From Candidatus Nomurabacteria bacterium RIFCSPHIGHO2_01_FULL_40_20 (lineage in GTDB: Bacteria > Patescibacteriota > Minisyncoccia > Phycocordibacterales > UBA9973), in NCBI GenBank assembly GCA_001786835.1, contig MFTO01000013.1, positions 1,002 through 65,001 of the forward strand: DNA of 64,000 nucleotides, in the 5' to 3' direction. A program made the position numbers and the translations under genes. Shown piece by piece: positions 58,150 through 64,000 of this stretch (the stretch's first letter is position 1; every line of letters begins with the position of its first letter). A model generated the notes under the pieces. It saw nothing but the letters and a program-made list of their open reading frames with translations. It had not been told where the DNA came from and made no database searches.

Positions 58150-58430
58150 AATTTGTATTCAGCGACCCACCGCTTACAGCGGGGTCCCGCCTACGGCGGT
58201 GAGCCTCCGTAGTATTTAATCTACATTATTATATGGGTAAGGCAACCCCAGCACAAATTTTGCGAGGTTATTTAATGGCAAAGCGCTTCGCGCATAAGGG
58301 ATGGCCTATTCGGCCCCGCACTTTGCAAGACAAATGGTAATGATTTTGATAAAATAAATGTATAGGCGAAATTATTAGCAAAATTTAAGCGGGGTGCTCA
58401 TAAATCATAGTCGCTCCGCTCCTTGATTAC

Positions 58431-58805
58431 ATGGCAAAAACAAATTATGTAGATGGGTTTGTATTAGTAGTTCCTAAGAAAAAGTTTGCGGAGTATAAGA
58501 AGATGGCGCAAGAGGCCAGCAAAATGTGGAAAAAATTCGGCGCACTTGATTATAAAGAGTGCGTGATAGAAGACACAAAACCTCCGATGGTAACTTTTAC
58601 TTTCCCGAAAATGATAAAAGCCAAGCCCGGCGAGCAAGTTTGGTTCTCCTACATTGAATACAAATCCCGGGCGCATAGAGATCAAGTAAACAAAAAAGTG
58701 ATGGCGTTGATGGACAAAGAAAAGGATAAATACAAAAACATGCAAATGCCTTTTGATATGAAACGCATGGCTTACGGCGGTTTCAAAGTCGTCGTCGACG
58801 CCTAA
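58431..58805 (+). CDS. DUF1428-family protein
   Basis: YVDGFVLVVPKKKFAEYKKMAQEASKMWKKFGALDYKECV...VWFSYIEYKSRAHRDQVNKKVM matches the DUF1428 pattern. Confidence 0.55.
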   Translation: MAKTNYVDGFVLVVPKKKFAEYKKMAQEASKMWKKFGALDYKECVIEDTKPPMVTFTFPKMIKAKPGEQVWFSYIEYKSRAHRDQVNKKVMALMDKEKDKYKNMQMPFDMKRMAYGGFKVVVDA

Positions 58806-58837
58806 AAATTTTCTGCTATACTCTCACTATCCTGCTT

Positions 58838-58926
58838 GGAAACGTGGCTGAGCGGTTGAAGGCACTGGTTTCGAAAACCAGCATCGGGGCAACTCGATCG
58901 AGAGTTCAAATCTCTCCGTTTCCGCC
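58838..58926 (+). tRNA. tRNA-Ser (anticodon CGA), type II
   Basis: GGAAACGTGGCTGAGCGGTTGAAGGCACTGGTTTCGAAAACCAG...GAGAGTTCAAATCTCTCCGTTTCCG folds with anticodon loop TTCGAAA. It is preceded by an extended -10 TGCTATACT at about 58813-58821. Confidence 0.9.
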
Positions 58927-58962
58927 CGAGCTCTAGAGTTAGCTCTAGAGCTAAATACGTAA

Positions 58963-61646
<2,684 letters not shown>

Positions 61647-61656
61647 GATGTTTCTA

Positions 61657-62256
61657 TTATATTGACGGCATCCAATCGAAAAGATAGCTGGAGAAAGATA
61701 CTTTATAATCGTTCGTCCCGCGGAACCAGTGCACTGTGGAGGTAATTTTCTTTTCTTTTTGGTTTACATCTTCTACTAGAATAACTCGCGCAAAGCCGGA
61801 GCCGACATTGCCGACATCCTGATCATAACTATAACCGTCCCCTTCGCTATAATTGAGCTCTTGGCACGGAAATCCGCCCGACGGAGTGCAGTCGTATATT
61901 TCAATCTCTGTAATTGGCGGAACAAGAGAATTTTGATCGTAAAGATAGCAACCACTCCCTCCTGCCGAAGCTCCCGCTCCACAATTCACAATAGCAGTTT
62001 GAAAATCCGTCCAACCAGTATCGCCTCCGTAGAGCACATAAGTATCTCGCAAACTGCGCATAAGCTCTATCCCTTCTTGGGCGAGATAAGAAGCGACTAA
62101 TTTGTTTTTGGAATGATTGGCATCCGATATGCCTCCGCCCAAGACCACCAGCATCACAAGAACCGACAGGGTAAAAATAGAAATCGCGACAAGCGTTTCT
62201 ACTAGGGTAAACCCGGTAGTTATCTCTCTATTTATTTGTTTAAAATGTTTTTTCAT
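61657..62256 (-). CDS. Type IV pilin / pseudopilin (prepilin-type N-terminal methylation motif)
   Basis: TTGFTLVETLVAISIF is the class III signal peptide (G/FTLxE). Confidence 0.6.
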   Translation of the reverse strand: MKKHFKQINREITTGFTLVETLVAISIFTLSVLVMLVVLGGGISDANHSKNKLVASYLAQEGIELMRSLRDTYVLYGGDTGWTDFQTAIVNCGAGASAGGSGCYLYDQNSLVPPITEIEIYDCTPSGGFPCQELNYSEGDGYSYDQDVGNVGSGFARVILVEDVNQKEKKITSTVHWFRGTNDYKVSFSSYLFDWMPSI

Positions 62257-62258
62257 TT

Positions 62259-62981
62259 TTAAGGCGCGTTTTCAACATCTATCAACCTCTGCGAGACTGT
62301 AGTTTGAAGTGAAAATGGTGTTATAATGTCTTTATATTTTATCTCACCAATAAGATGTATTTTTATTAAGGGTTGCTGGAAATCTCCGTCAATCGGCGGT
62401 TTTGCACCAATAACCTCAAAACCAGAACTGTCCTTGATTGTTATCTCTTCCAAATTCATCTGCACGAAAGTAAGCCCGCCGTTGGTTGATTTTTCAATAT
62501 TGTATTTTGTGGGGTTTACACTATCTTGCCATATCCTATATACCCATTGGTCATTTGTAGCATCCTCTGCCCCATCTCCATGCGCTTCCTCAAAAACTAT
62601 CACTCCCCCGTCAAAGCAATCGAGAGGATCATCTAAACTGTCGCTCTGTGGATCTTGGCTATCGATCCAAATTTCCGTGTCATAACATCTATAATTATAC
62701 CCGGTGCGCAGATTGCGCGACATGTCTTCCATAATAAAAGATAGATTGTCCATGATGGAACGCTGGTCTTCTGTCTTGTTGTGCACTAGGTTCGCATTGA
62801 GAAGAGCCCCAGTGCCAAAAACCACTATAATCACAAAAAGACCGATGGATATCATAGTTTCTATGATAGTAAACCCAGTAGTGAGTTTTGGCGAAGCGCT
62901 TTTAGCGCGCAATTCTATTGCATCGCCAAAATCTACTAACTGGGTAAACCCTTTGTTTAATTTTTTGTTTGCTTTCTCCAT
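62259..62981 (-). CDS. Type IV pilin / pseudopilin with a long N-terminal leader
   Basis: TTGFTIIETMISIGLF. Confidence 0.6.
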   Translation of the reverse strand: MEKANKKLNKGFTQLVDFGDAIELRAKSASPKLTTGFTIIETMISIGLFVIIVVFGTGALLNANLVHNKTEDQRSIMDNLSFIMEDMSRNLRTGYNYRCYDTEIWIDSQDPQSDSLDDPLDCFDGGVIVFEEAHGDGAEDATNDQWVYRIWQDSVNPTKYNIEKSTNGGLTFVQMNLEEITIKDSSGFEVIGAKPPIDGDFQQPLIKIHLIGEIKYKDIITPFSLQTTVSQRLIDVENAP

Positions 62982-62982
62982 T

Positions 62983-63633
62983 TTAATTTAATTGAATCCT
63001 GCCGGAAGGATAAACTTTTATCAGAGAGCTGGTGCCTTGAGGAGAAGAAATGGTAATTTGCAGAAAATCTATAATTGTAGTGCCGTCTGCAATTTGGGCG
63101 CATATAGAATCACCGGTACACCTAAGAGTCGCCCCGGAATCCGGTCTGGTGAAAGTTATGTGAGCCTCACTTATTTCTGTAGCTGTAGCTCCTATAAAAA
63201 TACTAATATCGCTCACAAAGTTGCCCTTGGTGATGGTTATGGTTTCTAGGCATTCAACACTGTTGCCAGGATCATTACTTGGACAAGGGATGTAAGGACC
63301 GTCAAACACTTTACCTTGATCTAGGTCTGCAAAATAAAGAAATGCGCTTGGACTATCTGAAGTAAATAACAGCCCATAGGAAGGCTTCCAAGGATCTGCG
63401 CTAGGCATACTTAAGACAGGTAATTTGCCGGTAGTTGACTCCTTCTGCGCCTGCACAAATTTGAGCGCAATGTCGTTCGCCAGGTTTTTGATATCCACTT
63501 TTATCTGAAATTCTTTATAGCTGAAAAGTCCAATAGCAGACATTATGGAGAAAATACTCAAAACCACTATGAGCTCTACATAAGTCATACCACTATTGGA
63601 ATTTTTAATTTTAAATTTTAAATTTTTAGCCAT
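62983..63633 (-). CDS. Type IV pilin / pseudopilin
   Basis: SGMTYVELIVVLSIFSIM. Confidence 0.6.
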   Translation of the reverse strand: MAKNLKFKIKNSNSGMTYVELIVVLSIFSIMSAIGLFSYKEFQIKVDIKNLANDIALKFVQAQKESTTGKLPVLSMPSADPWKPSYGLLFTSDSPSAFLYFADLDQGKVFDGPYIPCPSNDPGNSVECLETITITKGNFVSDISIFIGATATEISEAHITFTRPDSGATLRCTGDSICAQIADGTTIIDFLQITISSPQGTSSLIKVYPSGRIQLN

Positions 63634-63634
63634 T

Positions 63635-64000
63635 TTAAAAAAGAAAAAATTGGATATTAAAAAGAAAGGCTAAAAATGCGCCAAGCGCCAAAAACGGCGC
63701 GAAAGGAATTTCGCTTTTCCAACCATACTTTTTAGAGAAAACCAAAATAAACATCCCCACTATCCCCCCCGCCCAGAAAGCGATTACCACCCCAGAGAAC
63801 ACCTGTGAAAAGCCCAAAAGCCAACCCAAGCCTATGGCGAGCTTGGCATCCCCGAGCCCCATCCACCTGCCCCGCGAGAGGAGCCAAATGAGAGCAAAAG
63901 GCAGAGCTACGAGTAATCCCGAGAGAACATCTGCCATCTCGGGCAAATGCGGATAAAAGAAAAAATGGTCCACAAACAAGAAAAGCGAGAGAAAAGCCAA
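63635..64000 (-). CDS. pilD: Prepilin peptidase (A24 family), 5'-partial; the N-terminus lies beyond the window end
   Basis: RWMGLGDAKLAIGLGWLLG is the catalytic GxGDxKL region, with TM helices. Confidence 0.65.
   Translation of the reverse strand: MAFLSLFLFVDHFFFYPHLPEMADVLSGLLVALPFALIWLLSRGRWMGLGDAKLAIGLGWLLGFSQVFSGVVIAFWAGGIVGMFILVFSKKYGWKSEIPFAPFLALGAFLAFLFNIQFFLF

Noticed and set aside
58150-58215. A tRNA or other known RNA gene in the GC-rich segment
   Set aside because: No T-loop, anticodon-arm or RNase P, SRP or tmRNA signature motifs could be folded. It is treated as a structured leader.

Overview
This AT-rich window (roughly 38-40% GC by eye) reads as a compact bacterial chromosome segment with a Candidate Phyla Radiation (Patescibacteria) flavour, though I cannot confirm taxonomy from sequence alone. 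The signs are short RpoB and RpoC, a ProRS without an editing domain, a ThrRS lacking the TGS domain, a type IV pilin and prepilin peptidase cluster, almost no Shine-Dalgarno sequences, and extended -10 promoters (tTGcTATACT) sitting right against start codons. Roughly three quarters of the window is housekeeping: tgt, mreBC, proS, rpsB-tsf, rpoD, dnaG, rpoBC, trmD, rpsP-KH, rnr, rnc, smc, nusB, rpmF, thrS, gyrB, trhO, truB, ligA and three tRNAs. Accessory material is interleaved with it. Two paralogous cassettes each encode a winged-helix protein with a PaaX/Cas2-like domain, flanked by long perfect palindromes; one cassette is bounded by an exact 21-bp direct repeat that duplicates the last six codons of a helicase gene, which is an insertion signature. 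A cluster of Nudix, MazG, NADAR and histidine-phosphatase genes is punctuated by a dispersed 12-2-12 palindrome and includes an ArsR-family regulator gene. The window also holds a secreted protein with about 45 hexapeptide repeats, a G10 tract inside a promoter spacer, a short element with inverted-repeat termini present twice, two toxin-antitoxin candidates, a single-chain (mitochondrial-type) PheRS, and NusB-Nudix and DacA-CapA fusions. Noncoding coordinates were counted by hand and may be off by 1-2 nt.
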